NCBI GenBank assembly: GCA_030264375.1
Contig: JASCQW010000133.1
Span: forward strand, 19,526,192 to 19,590,191
Reading direction: 5' to 3'
Length of the DNA stretch: 64,000 nucleotides
DNA from: Carcharhinus longimanus
Lineage: Eukaryota
Part shown: in pieces, positions 36,344-48,325 of the stretch
Position numbering within the stretch: position 1 is the first letter of the stretch
Layout: the number at the start of each line of letters is the position of its first letter
The notes under the pieces: generated by a model
What the model was told of the DNA's origin: nothing
What the model saw: only the letters and a program-made list of their open reading frames with translations
Database searches by the model: none
Made by a program: the position numbers and the translations under genes

Positions 36344-37429
36344 GTATATGAATTTTGATCATAGATGGTTTTATGTTTCCAGATTTTTAACTTTTCAGTT
36401 TCATATATATAACATAATGCTAAGTATCTTAGGTAAAAGGTATATTCTTTAGATTTATTAATGTCATATTTATGGAAACTATACATATTTGTAGTTATTC
36501 CAATTTTTAAAATGGTCATCTATTAAAATTTCCAAGTTAATCATGTGAACACTACATGCATGTGAAATATTGGGGTGATTGCACCTAAAATGAGTTGCAG
36601 GAAAAGAATAGTTGACGTACTTAACTGATTTATTAGGACTGTTACTGCAATTCCCTGTTAAATTGGACAAGATTTTAAATATCTTGGGTTTTTGTGGATC
36701 TCTGCCTCCTCCTTGCCCTAAAACAAAATGCCATACACAACTTAATTTAAAACACAATTATCCTGTGTCATGCCTTTGTTGAAACTGATTTATAAATAGT
36801 TGCAAGGAGGTGCAGAGTAGGAGGTCTCAATCCAAGTGGTGACCTGACAAGTGTGAATTTGTGACATGGGGAATTGCTAAGTGCAAACCTGTACTGTTTT
36901 GTGTACTGAGGATGCATTGTGCCTGTGGGCAGTGGGTAACTGTAATTCTGGAAATATTTTGGCAGTACAGTTGAGCCTTTAGTTTCCTTTTTCAAGTGTA
37001 GTCTTCCAGCATAATTTTCCTATTGAGTCCTGTCTGTAATATTTTAGAAGTTTCTGTTTATGCACACTTTGTCTACAAAACAGCCCTTCCTTTTGCATGA
37101 CCAATATAATTTTGGTATCAAATTTTGATACCAACGTTTGCCATTACACTCCATCTTGAATCCCTGTGTGTAATGCCATAGGAAATTAAATTGTGCAATA
37201 TAAATTAATATTAATACTTAAACTAACCTAAAATTTCTCTTTTAAAAAAAATCAGGAAGATTAGCAAATAGTCTTTTGCCTTTATTATAATTTCATAAGT
37301 AAATTCATAAAACCAAACAGTATACTTGCCGTTAAGAAAATTTATCCATGTAAGAGCATATTTCACCTTTTCCACTTTGGCCCAAATTAATGTTACTACT
37401 GTTGCAACATAGTGAAATGTGACAACCGG

Positions 37430-37725
37430 TTGGCACACGGCAAGATCTGACAATTTGTTTTAATGCTGTCAATTAAGAGATAAATATTCACCTGGACATC
37501 AGGAAAAGTTTGTTTGTTGTTTTGGACAATATCAAGGGATCTTTTATGCCCACTTATGAAGAAGATGGTCTCGGTTTAACATTTTATCTAAAAGATAGTA
37601 CTTCCAGTAATTTAGCACTGGTTAAGCGCTGCACTGAAGTATTGACCTAGATAATATGCTCATGTATCTGGAGAGAGCCTTGACTCTTCTGATTCAAAGG
37701 TGATGGCTCTGATTGAGCCTAAGCT
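37430..37725 (-). mobile_element. DeuSINE-like element
   Basis: gggatcttttatgcccac...tcggtttaacatttt...gcactgaagtattgacctagataatatgctc is the reverse complement of the Deu-like core. Confidence 0.65.
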
Positions 37726-37889
37726 TAAGCTATATAAGACCTAACGAACATTAACGAGGAACCTGTTGAATGGTCTTGGGGATAAAATAGATGACATACA
37801 AATTAGCATTAAATGTTATTTTTCTGTAATTTTTACTAGTTGCTGTTGAACCCCTTTTGTACTAACAATTTTATTAAAAACATGAACAG

Positions 37890-38056
37890 GTGTCAGTTTT
37901 CTACCTTTGAACAATGTCAAGAGTGGGTAAAACGCATAAGCAATGTTATACGACCACCTGGAAGGATAGAAGACCTCTTTGCCTTTGCTTACCATGCTTG
38001 GTGTATGGATGTTTATGCTAGTGAAAAAGAGCAACATGGAAATTTATGTCGACCAG
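37890..38056 (+). CDS. MTMR3: MTMR3 exon CQFSTFEQCQEWVKRISNVIRPPGRIEDLFAFAYHAWCMDVYASEKEQHGNLCRP(G)
   Basis: aacag|G ... G|gtattg, 167 nt, phase 2/1. Confidence 0.96.
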
Positions 38057-38885
38057 GTATTGTTCGTCTGTGTTAATTTCTGCAAATAATTTGGATATAA
38101 AGTATATTTCCTCACCATACAATTTTCTTCAGGACAATAGTGGTTTTATAGCTAAGTAGTTGCAGTTATCAGGAACAACATTTGTGAATTTGACTGACAA
38201 AAACTGCTTTTGTTGCTTGAATATATTAAAAATGAACAATGGTTTTCTCCTATTCCTTCCCTCACTTGCCGTGTTGCTGTTTCTAAACCAAAAACACTTG
38301 GAATTCAGCTCTGGAATTCAAAATCATTATTATTTGAAAAATATACTGTCATCTCTGAAATATAAAGTCATTACTGACTCTCCAAGAAATTAGATATTTC
38401 AGCTAGGATTGTATTAGGAGCAGTACAGTTCATTTCAATGCCACTAAATTAGGGAAAAGAAAAAAATCAACTAAGATCCTTTCTTTTGATCACTGTTCAA
38501 AGATCCTTGCTGCCAAATGTTTGTTAATGGACATTGAGTGAACTCTGGATGCCCCATGGTCAAATAATGATGAACACTACACAACTTTGAAGCATAGTCA
38601 TTTGAGTAAGGTATCAAAAGATTACTAACTCATTTGGAATCATGATCCTAATACCTGCCAGATAAGTAATGGCACATTTTTCAATGTTGTGGTCATTGTT
38701 ACTATATCTCTCTCAATTATCATTATATTTTCTCCTTCACAGTGAAGATTGAATAGATAACGTATGCCAGAAGTTTGAAATACAAATGTTTTAAATAATT
38801 GAAGAAGTTACTGAGCTTATGAAGGCACAGAAGGGAAAGCTCCTTGAGTTGTCAATTTCTGTAATCTTTCCATTATTCATTTCAG

Positions 38886-38982
38886 GTGAGCATGTTGCCT
38901 CAAGATTTAAAAATGAGGTCGAACGAATGTGCTTTGATATGCAAAATGCATGGAGAATTACCAACATCAATGATAAATACAA
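38886..38982 (+). CDS. MTMR3: MTMR3 exon EHVASRFKNEVERMCFDMQNAWRITNINDKY(K)
   Basis: ttcag|GT ... AA|gtaaga, 97 nt, phase 1/2. Not in the ORF track. Confidence 0.95.
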
Positions 38983-39031
38983 GTAAGAGCATTATTACAA
39001 CTGTTGCTCCTATAAATGCTGCTTAATTCTT

Positions 39032-39354
39032 CAATCATAGAATCCCCACAGAGCGAAGGAGGCCATTCGGCCTATTGAATGTGCACTGATTTTCTGATAG
39101 AACATCTTAACCAGCCCCTATCCCTGTAACCCTACATGTTTACCCAACTAACTCCCCTGAGCTATACATCTTGGAACATTGAGGGGCAATTTAGCATGAC
39201 CAATCCACCCAACCGGCACATCTTTGGGCTGTGAGAGAAACAGGAGCACCCAGAGAAAATCCACACAGACAATGGGGAGAACAGTCATCCAAGGCCAGAA
39301 TTGAACCTGATTCCCTGGTGCTGTCAGGCAGCAATGCTTGCCATGATGCTGTCC
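39032..39354 (-). mobile_element. HE1-like V-SINE
   Basis: Tail atcatagaatccccacagagcgaaggaggccattcggcc; head gaattgaacctgattccctggtgctgtcaggcagc (reverse complement). Confidence 0.85.
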
Positions 39355-40083
39355 AACTTTTGTGTTGACCAAATGGGCACAAATATTTGATTCTGTTATT
39401 GCAAGTCATTGAAAGTATGAGTGGATTTGCCATTGTTGTTTCACGTTTTGTAGAAAATCATTCTGATCATTAGGTTCAGACTGTCTTTTTGTGTTGTATG
39501 ATAACATTTTATTGTATTTTGGAACCTGATGCATATAATTTATCAACTGCCTTAAATTAATGTTGATTCATTAGTTAATTAATTTAATCCCTGAACAGAA
39601 CACAAAATTTAGTCTGTTAATAAATTCTAGAATTTATTAATTAGGTTAACAAAAGGACATGTTTTTCAAGTAGCAAAACTTCCTTTGTGTTTTCTTGATA
39701 ATTTTGCATGATTGAAATGTCTGAAATAACATTTTTATCATTGTCTGAATAAGTGTAACAGGCATACATAGTATGTGGTTACTGTATGTATGTATCTGTA
39801 ATTTTCATGAGTTATAATACAGAAGAAATCTATTTGCCCTATTGAGTCCATATCCATGGACAGCAATCTTAAAAGTCCCATTGCCTGCTTGATGCCTGTA
39901 GCCCTTCAAATTTATCTCCCTCAAGTGCCCATTCAATTTTATTTGTAAATCATTTATCACCTCTACTTCTTCCATCCTCATATGCAACAAGTTCCAGAAA
40001 GTGATAAACTATTCTATGAATACATTCTGACATGTTATGTGAATGAAACTTGTTTCTTTTCATGTACTGTCTTTTATATTCTT

Positions 40084-40364
40084 TGACTTGGGTTGCTGTC
40101 TGTGTGTAGTTTGCACATTCTCCTCGTGTCTGCGTGGGTTTCCTGCAAGTGCTCAGGTTTCCTCCCACAGTCCAAAGATGTGCAGGTCAGGTTGATTGGC
40201 CATGCTAAAAATTGCCCCTTAGAGACCTGAGATGCGTAGGTTAGAGGGATTAGCAGGTAAATATTTAGGGATTTGAGGGTAGGGCCTGGGTGGGACTGTG
40301 GTCAGTGCAGACTCAATGGGCTGAATGGCCTCCTTCTGCACTGTAGGCTTTTATGATTCTATGA
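40084..40364 (+). mobile_element. 5'-truncated HE1-like V-SINE ending 42 bp before an exon
   Basis: V-domain gtctgcgtgggtttcc...cccacagtccaaagatgtgcagg; tail gaatggcctccttctgcactgtaggcttttatgattctatga. Confidence 0.88.
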
Positions 40365-40406
40365 CTGTCAACATTAAAGTAAAACATTGTTCATCTTAAC
40401 TTGCAG

Positions 40407-40520
40407 GTTGTGTGCTAGTTACCCACAGCAGTTACTTGTACCAGCTTGGTTAACTGATAAAGAGCTTGAGAGCGTTGGAAACTTTAGATCATGGAAGAGG
40501 ATTCCAAGTGTTGTCTACAG
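40407..40520 (+). CDS. MTMR3: MTMR3 exon LCASYPQQLLVPAWLTDKELESVGNFRSWKRIPSVVY(R)
   Basis: ttgcag|G ... AG|gtgaat, 114 nt, phase 2/2. Contains myotubularin SYP and RSxxRIP motifs. Confidence 0.96.
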
Positions 40521-42064
40521 GTGAATAATTGATAGCACTAAGTGTGCATTTGAACATGTCATTCTTTTGGGGAGAAATGTCTGTATGATAAAACAAAAGA
40601 TTGAAATACGAAATGTGAAAAGGTCATAGAACTGACCATCTGTCCATCAACAGCAACCTGGTCATCCCAGTACTTCAAACAATTCTGCCACTTCTTCTGA
40701 TTATAAATTTTTCTCACCAGACAACATGCCTTTGAAAATGAACAGACAGGGACTGTACTGTCCAAGCATGGTATGCACTTGTGTAAGCTTTTGTTTTTAC
40801 TACGCAGTTACAGACTGCTGTCTAACTGCGACAATGATGTCCTCAATTGCCTTATGAACATTGCAATTCATGAACCATCTGCAGGCATCCAAGTTGTATT
40901 TGCACAGTTGTTTATGACTTCAAGTTCAACACCTATTTAGTGAATATTCACTTTTCTGATGAGTTTGTTTTCAGTTTTAACTGGCTATCTGACTTGATGA
41001 TTTCATCTGAGCAGCTTTGGGCACTCACAATGTTGACCCAGATCACTACATACATGCTTTCCCACCTGCAGCAGTCCAGTTCCTATTTGAGAAATTGCTT
41101 GCACAATCATTAGAATTATCCTCAGAATTCTCTTCATGTTCCTTACACCCATATCTTGGCTGCCTCGTGTTCAATTCCCCCTTTCTGTCACAGTAAGGCA
41201 TTAGCTGAAAGTATTAAGAGATGGTGCGTTCTTGATTTGTGTTGCTTGCAATTGTGAAACTAATTATAATTAGTGAATATGGAAAATCAAAAGATAGGAC
41301 AAATGCAAAGAAAAGCAAAAGGGTGCAAGCTTTGCATGCCTTTTAACCCTATGCTACTTTTTTCTAGGTATATTTGTACCCATGTGCCTGTTTTGGAAGG
41401 TTTTCTTAATTATTTTATTACCACATTGTTCTTGATATATTTTTCTCTTGAAGAGAGAGTTTACAAAAACTTTGCAGGAAAAGTTAGTGCAGTTTCAGCT
41501 GAAGATGAATGCTGTAGTTACACCTTTTTGTTACTTTGTCTAACTGTTGTGTCTTGACAATACGTACTGTTCTGCTTTTGGAGAAGCAGGCATGTGTCTA
41601 GGTTCAGCCAGTGAGCTAGTTGCTGCTGGTTTATAAGAATGAGCTTAGCTGATAATGCTGCTAATTTACTTAAATGAGGTTTCCTTTATTCCACATTGAG
41701 TGTTATGTGGAATTTGAAGCATCAACAATAGCTCACATAGACCTGGAAACTTCTTTTCACCACTTTAACATTACGTTGGACTGCTACCATGCTGACCTAA
41801 CTTGTCCTGTCCTGTCCAGTGTTTAGCTTTCTCTCTATAAGATGGTCATCAGTTTACAAAAAGTTAAGAAAGATGTATCGCAGATATTGAAAGACAAAGA
41901 GGTGCCAAACTTAAAAATAACACTTCGCTTTTCTAAAGGTTTTAGCAATTATTTAAACAATTGTCATTTTTGTGACTATGCCCAAGCAAAAAGCACATAA
42001 GTTTGTATACCATACCATGTCTTCTGGATGTTACAAGCACACCACACTTCATGAATTACTTTCT

Positions 42065-42224
42065 GGGGGCAAATTTTCCTGTTCTGCCCACCACGGGAAT
42101 CATAGAGGATGAGGAGCGGACCGTGGAAATGTCCTTTGACCTTGGGTGGGATTTTCTGTTTTTGGGGCAAGCACAGTCGTGTTGTGATAATTTTATGTAG
42201 GCAAACGTGGCAGAAAATTACCTC
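42065..42224. mobile_element. Short MITE-like element
   Basis: GC-richer island with imperfect inverted ends ggggcaaattttcc / cagaaaattacctc and an internal copy gggtgggattttct. Confidence 0.5.
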
Positions 42225-42542
42225 AAAGACCCCAGTAAGAAGTCAATAAATATAACCTTTTTTGTTATTCTTTCCATTATTTTGTTTTCGCCACAATCTC
42301 CATTTAAGACCAATAGCAATTGGTTTTGATCAATTGCACTCATGACCCTACTACACAAAGATAGAACAGATTTGTGATACTTTCTTGCACTTCAACACTT
42401 GAACTTCGTCTCCTCAGAGCAGAGCAACCAAGATTTTAAACAGTGAAATAGTAGACCATGGGCACAAATGCATGTCCCAGCAATCATTCATTATAACCAT
42501 TTTTTTAAATGGGAAATTTATCCTTTTGCATGGATCTTTTAT

Positions 42543-43190
42543 ATAAGAATATAAGAAGTAGGAGCAGGAGTAGGCCATCTAGCCCTTCGAGCCTGCCCCG
42601 CCATTCAGTAAGATCATGGCTGATCTGAAGTGGCTNNNNNNNNNNNNNNNNNNNNNNNNNNNNNNNNNNNNNNNNNNNNNNNNNNNNNNNNNNNNNNNNN
42701 NNNNNNNNNNNNNNNNNNNNNNNNNNNNNNNNNNNNNNNNNNNNNNNNNNNNNNNNNNNNNNNNNNNNNNNNNNNNNNNNNNNNNNNNNNNNNNNNNNNN
42801 NNNNNNNNNNNNNNNNNNNNNNNNNNNNNNNNNNNNNNNNNNNNNNNNNNNNNNNNNNNNNNNNNNNNNNNNNNNNNNNNNNNNNNNNNNNNNNNNNNNN
42901 NNNNNNNNNNNNNNNNNNNNNNNNNNNNNNNNNNNNNNNNNNNNNNNNNNNNNNNNTGAACCTTCTCTGTACTCCCAAGGCCAATATATCCTTTCGTAAA
43001 TAAGGAGACCAAAACTGCATACAGTACTCCAGTTGCAGCCTCACCAGTCCCTGTACAGTTGCAGCAAGACCTCCCTGCTTTTATATTCTATCCCCCTCGT
43101 TATAAAGGCCAACATTCCATTCGCTGCCATGATCACCTGCTGCACCTGCAGACTGATTTTTTGTGATTCGTGCACAAGGATTCCCAGGTT
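42543..43190 (-). mobile_element. Young CR1-clade LINE 3' portion (gap inside)
   Basis: Minus-strand ANGMLAFITRGIEYKSREVLLQLY and RLQLEYCMQFWSPYLRKDI. The tail is nearly identical to 10619-10690. Confidence 0.88.
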
Positions 43191-43555
43191 CCATGAATGT
43201 CTGTTAACATTCTCCACTATGTTAAGTGGACATCTTGTTCTTGGATCTATCCTACTGATCTGAAACTGGTTCTGTGTGGTCGACAAAATACTTCTTTGTT
43301 TTTATTTACTCCCCCTACAAATAAACGGGCAAATAAACAAAAAAAATTACAAAACTTGCGTTCTTTTGTTTCCCCACTGTTTTAGCTGTGACCTAGAACC
43401 GTGTGTGGGGTAGGCTGATGCTACCCAATCTATTTGTCTTTAAAGGTCAAACTCCCAGATCTACTTACTCAATCTAAACTCAATCTCAATTGAATCATTA
43501 CCGCTAATAAAAAAAACTTTTATACTTCATAAATACTTTTTTTCTGCTGTTTCAG

Positions 43556-43755
43556 GCACCAGGGCAACGGAGCAGTGATAGCACGTTGTGGTCAGCCAGA
43601 AGTCAGTTGGTGGGGCTGGAGGAATGCAGATGATGAGCACCTAATACAGTCTGTTGCAAAAGCTTGTGCCATGGACAGCAGTCCCACCAAACATGTTAAT
43701 GGCAACTGTATACGAGATTTTTCTAATGGTAGTGACCTGTCTGATGGGGAATTTG
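43556..43755 (+). CDS. MTMR3: MTMR3 exon HQGNGAVIARCGQPEVSWWGWRNADDEHL...SDGEF
   Basis: tgtttcag|G ... G|gtaaga, 200 nt, phase 2/1. Confidence 0.96.
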
Positions 43756-44034
43756 GTAAGAGTTGTAATGGTTTGTTTTTGCACATTGCTGAGCAGTAGA
43801 ATAAATGTTGTGTTTCAGGTTAATGTCATATTGTTTTAGTGGCACTTCTGCTGATGTGGTTTTTTTTCTTGTTCATACTTCGTATCACTGCTTTGAACTA
43901 GGCTTACTTGTCTTTNNNNNNNNNNNNNNNNNNNNNNNNNNNNNNNNNNNNNNNNNNNNNNNNNNNNNNNNNNNNNNNNNNNNNNNNNNNNNNNNNNNNN
44001 NNNNNNNNNNNNNNNCTTGTCTTTTTTATTTTAG

Positions 44035-44166
44035 ATTCTTCAATGACTAATCCAGCTGGAGTAGAAAATTTATGCAGTCCACCACATAAGCTTTTAATAT
44101 TGGATGCTAGGTCATACGCAGCAGCTGTGGCTAACAGGGCAAAGGGCGGTGGGTGTGAATGCCCTG
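44035..44166 (+). CDS. MTMR3: MTMR3 exon (D)SSMTNPAGVENLCSPPHKLLILDARSYAAAVANRAKGGGCECP
   Basis: tattttag|AT ... G|gtgagt, 132 nt, phase 1/1. Contains the myotubularin DAR and ANRAKGGG motifs. Confidence 0.96.
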
Positions 44167-44409
44167 GTGAGTGTCAGCATGAAAATGTGAATAATAATGT
44201 GAATGCTGGATAGAACATTTGAAACTGGTCCAACTTTTATTTCAAGATTTATAGAAATGGCAAACCAGTCTTTGGAGGCTAATAATGGCAGATTTTTTGG
44301 ATCAAAAAGTTGTCTATTGATTATTATACAAATTTAATGAATGTTCTCCCTTATCTCTCTACTGTAACTAATTTATATCTATCAGTATTTCACAGGTAAT
44401 TAATAAAAA

Positions 44410-44620
44410 CAATAACTCACCTTTTGACTCTCCAAAGCCTGTCCACCACCTACAAGGCACAAGTCTTGCAGTATGATGGCATACTCTCTATTTGCCTGGA
44501 TGAGTGCAGCTCCAACAGCACCATTCAGGACAAGCAGCCCACTTGATTAGCACCCCTTCAACAACCATTCACCCTATCTACCACTGACGAACAATGGTAG
44601 CAGTGTGTACCACCTGCAAC
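44410..44620 (+). mobile_element. Fragment of the LINE family at 16596-17915
   Basis: gactctccaaagcctgtccaccacctacaaggcacaagtc resembles 17383-17425. Confidence 0.6.
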
Positions 44621-45114
44621 AGGATTTCCCAAACATTTCCAGTCACAGAACTCCTTGTGACCTCCCAAGAGCACCAGGGAACCTCAAACATTTTAATCAC
44701 GTTGATACATTTTAGTACCCCCCACTCACCATGAGTCCCCTCTCACATAGCATTTAATTTATTTGCCTGGATTTACTTTTTCTTAAATGCATTCTCACGA
44801 TGTGACTGACTCTGACAACCTAATTTTTCTTTCTTAGTAGCAGTATTTACCTCTGCCGCTACTCCACTGCACAGGCAGCTGCATTGCTTGTTCAGCTGCT
44901 TTTCTGCCCACAAACAGAAAAAAACAGATCAAATTGACCAATCAGACCCCTGCCCCTGNNNNNNNNNNNNNNNNNNNNNNNNNNNNNNNNNNNNNNNNNN
45001 NNNNNNNNNNNNNNNNNNNNNNNNNNNNNNNNNNNNNNNNNNNNNNNNNNNNNNNNNNTTTGTTTCATTCGTGGCTGTTTGTTCTTTGTTGAACCTTTGT
45101 GTGGATAAATGTGA

Positions 45115-45197
45115 GGTTATCCTGACAAAGGAGCAGTGCTCCAAAAGCTTGTGATTTCAAATAAATTTTTTGGACTACAACCTCCTGTCATGTGACC
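45115..45197 (+). mobile_element. Penelope-type terminal repeat fragment with degenerate minimal hammerhead
   Basis: atc-c ctgacaa a ggagc agt gctcc aaaa gctt gtgat, followed by aataaa...ttggactacaacct. Confidence 0.55.
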
Positions 45198-45199
45198 TC

Positions 45200-47030
45200 A
45201 TCTTAATTTCTTCTTGAAATCACAGAACATTTTAGCCTCAACTACATTGTGATAGTGAATTTCAGACTTTCACCGCCTTCTGGGTGAAGAAATTTCTCCT
45301 CACCTCAGTTCTAAATGGTTTACCCCTTATCCTCAAACTCTGACCCCTAGTTCTGAACTCCCCCATCATGGGAGCATTCTTTGAATCTACTCTGTTAGAA
45401 TTTTATAAGTTTCTATGAGATCCCCTCTCACTACTAAACTCCAATGAATATAATCCTAACCAACTTAGTTTCTCCTTGTGTGACAGACCTGCCAGTCCAG
45501 GAATCAGCCTGATATACCTTTGCTGTACTCTATAACAAGGACATCTTCCCTCAGATAAGGACACCAAAACTGCACATGCTGCTCCAGGTGTGGCCTCACC
45601 AACACTCTGTGCAATTGCAGCAAAACATCCGTATTCATGTTCTTAAATCCCCTTGCTATGAAGGCCAACAAACCATTTGACACCTTTACTGAATGCTTAC
45701 TTTCAGTGACTGTTGCACGAGGACACCAAGTTCTCATTGAGTGTCCGCTTCCTCATTTTACATCCATTCATGTAGTAATCTGTCCTCCTATTATTGCTAC
45801 CAAAGCGGATAACCTCACATTTATCTGCATTATACCGCATCTTCCATGCGGATGCCCACACACTCGGCCTGAAGCACCTCTGCATCCTCCTCACAGTTCA
45901 CCGTCCTACCCAACTTTGTCTCATCTGCAAATCTGGAGGTAATACATTGAGTTTCCTCTTCCAGATCGTTAATATATAATGTGAACAATTGGGGTCCTAG
46001 CACAGGTCCCTGTGAAACTGCACCTAGTCACTGCCAATCAAAAAAAGACCCATCTATGCCAAATCTTTGCTTCCTATCTGCTAACCATTTTTCTATCCAT
46101 CTGAAGGCATTATCTGCAATCAATATGCTTTAATTTTATGTAATAGTCTGTTACGTGACACCTTGTCGAAAGCCTTCTGAAAGTCTAAATCAACCACATC
46201 CATTAGTCCTCACTGGTCAACTCTCCCAGTTACATCTTCAAAGTATTCTAATAGATTGGTCAAGCATGATTTTAGTTTTATAAATCCATGCTGACTTTAT
46301 CTGATTATACCATTGCCTTCCAAATGCTGAGTTATGAAATCCTTGATGAACTGTAGCAGCTTCCCTAGTATCGGTGTTAGGCTCACTGGTCTATAGTTCC
46401 CTGTTTTCTCTCTACTCACTTTTTGAGTAGCAGGCTCCAATCTGTGGTCCAGAGTCCAAAACATTTTGGAAAATAACCACCAATGGATCAGTTATTTCCA
46501 GGGTCACTTCCTTAGGTACTCTGAGATGAAGATTATCAGGACCTCGAGATTTATCCACCTTCTATCCCATATATTTCCCCAAAACCATTTCTCTACTAAT
46601 GCTGATTTCCTTCAGCTCCTCACTAAAACTTGTTCCTGTCAGAACTTCTAGTACATCATTTATGTCTTCCTTTGTGGAGACTGAAGCAAAGTTTGAATTT
46701 AATTCCTTGGCCATTTCTTTATTTCTTGTTATGAATCCTCCCATTTCTGACTTAAATGGCCTACATTTGTTTTTGTCCATCTTTTTCTCTTTACATACCC
46801 ATAGAAACTTTTACAGTCAGTTTTTATGTCCCCTGCCTTTTTGCTTTCATATTCTCATTTTTCCCTTTTTAATCAATCCCTTGGTCCTCTTTTGCTGAAT
46901 TTTAAACTGCTCCCAATCCTCAGGCCTATTGCTTTTTCTTGCCGATTTATGTTTCTTCCTTGAATCTGATATCTCTAACTTTGTTTGTAAGCCATGGTTT
47001 GGCCACAATTCCCTTACCACAACTTTGAGT
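45200..47030 (-). mobile_element. CR1-clade LINE (ORF2 3' half), decayed
   Basis: Minus-strand EDWEQFKIQQKRTKGLIKKGK, MAKELNSNFASV, WASAWKMRYNADKCEVIRFG and LVRPHLEQHVQFWCPYLRED. Confidence 0.9.
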
Positions 47031-47702
47031 TTGCCTAGTAGTGGAGGGAAAATCTCCAGCATTACTTTAAGAGCCATTTAGATAATTTATTCAGAATGGT
47101 TGAAGTAAAATGAGTCTAATTATTAACTTGTGATCTTCACAGAAGCATATTATGTGGAAATACATTTACCCTGTTGGATTGAGAGGTGGGAGGGGGAGTT
47201 ATTCCGCAGTTGCGATGAAGTCAAGGCCCCGGCTTTACATCTTTTACTTACACTGGGCAGAAAAGAGTTGGAGACGTTTTCGTCTCTCAATTGCTGCTAC
47301 CCCCCACCCCCACTACCCCATTGCTTAGATGAGCATTAAAAAATACAGTACGCATGTGTGCCCATAAAGAACACAATGTTTGAAGTATTGTGGCAGGAAG
47401 GTAAATGCACTAAAGTTTAAGGAAAGGGTTTGGGGTCTGTACACAGAACAAATACATTTTCTGTCCTTGCCTTACACTGTTCGTCAGATCTGATTGCACT
47501 TGCCTGCATATTTTTTGCTACTAAACTTCATTGGAGAAAATTGTGGACTGGCGGAAACAGCCCTGGAATATGTCTAAGAAATGATTAAATCCAAGTGGGG
47601 AAGAATAAGATCATTCTTCGTTGTAAGTGTTGGCATTACAGAAAATAGTTTTTTTTTAAATATATGTAACTTATCATTTTCCAAATGTTATTTCTCTTGC
47701 AG

Positions 47703-47814
47703 AATATTACCCCAACTGTGAAGTAGTGTTCATGGGTATGGCAAATATCCACTCTATTCGGAAGAGTTTTCAGTCATTGAGGTTTCTCTGCACACAGATG
47801 CCAGATCCTGCCAA
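47703..47814 (+). CDS. MTMR3: MTMR3 exon (E)YYPNCEVVFMGMANIHSIRKSFQSLRFLCTQMPDPA(N)
   Basis: ctcttgcag|AA ... AA|gtaagt, 112 nt, phase 1/2. NIH motif. Confidence 0.96.
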
Positions 47815-48129
47815 GTAAGTTTTAAATTTTTTCTTCTTCGCTCAAAGGTTGGAAAACATTTAACAGTTTTATTTTTGCTTATAATGTTTGAATTATATGG
47901 AAAGTGAACATAATTTATATATCAGACAAAATAACGGTTTTGCCTTAAATCATTGGTTTTGGCAAGTTGTAGTTAAAACGTAAGTATTTTAAATGCAAAA
48001 AAAAACCAAGGTGTGGCCAAATTGAAGTCTTATCTCTAATAATGAAATTCAATGTCTTATTTGTTCGATGCAGAGGGAAACAAATTAATCTAAAATGTAC
48101 TCCTGATTGTTTTGATTTTTGATCAGCAG

Positions 48130-48325
48130 TTGGTTATCAGCTTTAGAAGGTACCAGATGGCTTCAGCATCTATCCATGCTCTTAAAAGCAGCACTACTTG
48201 TAATTAATGCAGTCGATCGTGACCAGCGGCCAGTTTTAGTACACTGTTCTGATGGCTGGGACCGAACGCCACAAATAGTGGCTCTATCAAAGTTACTGCT
48301 GGACCCTTACTACAGAACCATAGAG
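48130..48325 (+). CDS. MTMR3: MTMR3 catalytic exon WLSALEGTRWLQHL...VHCSDGWDRTPQIVALSKLLLDPYYRTIE
   Basis: cagcag|T ... GAG|gtgggt, 196 nt. The intact C(X)5R motif HCSDGWDRT is at 48242-48268. An alternative acceptor lies at 48127. Confidence 0.97.
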
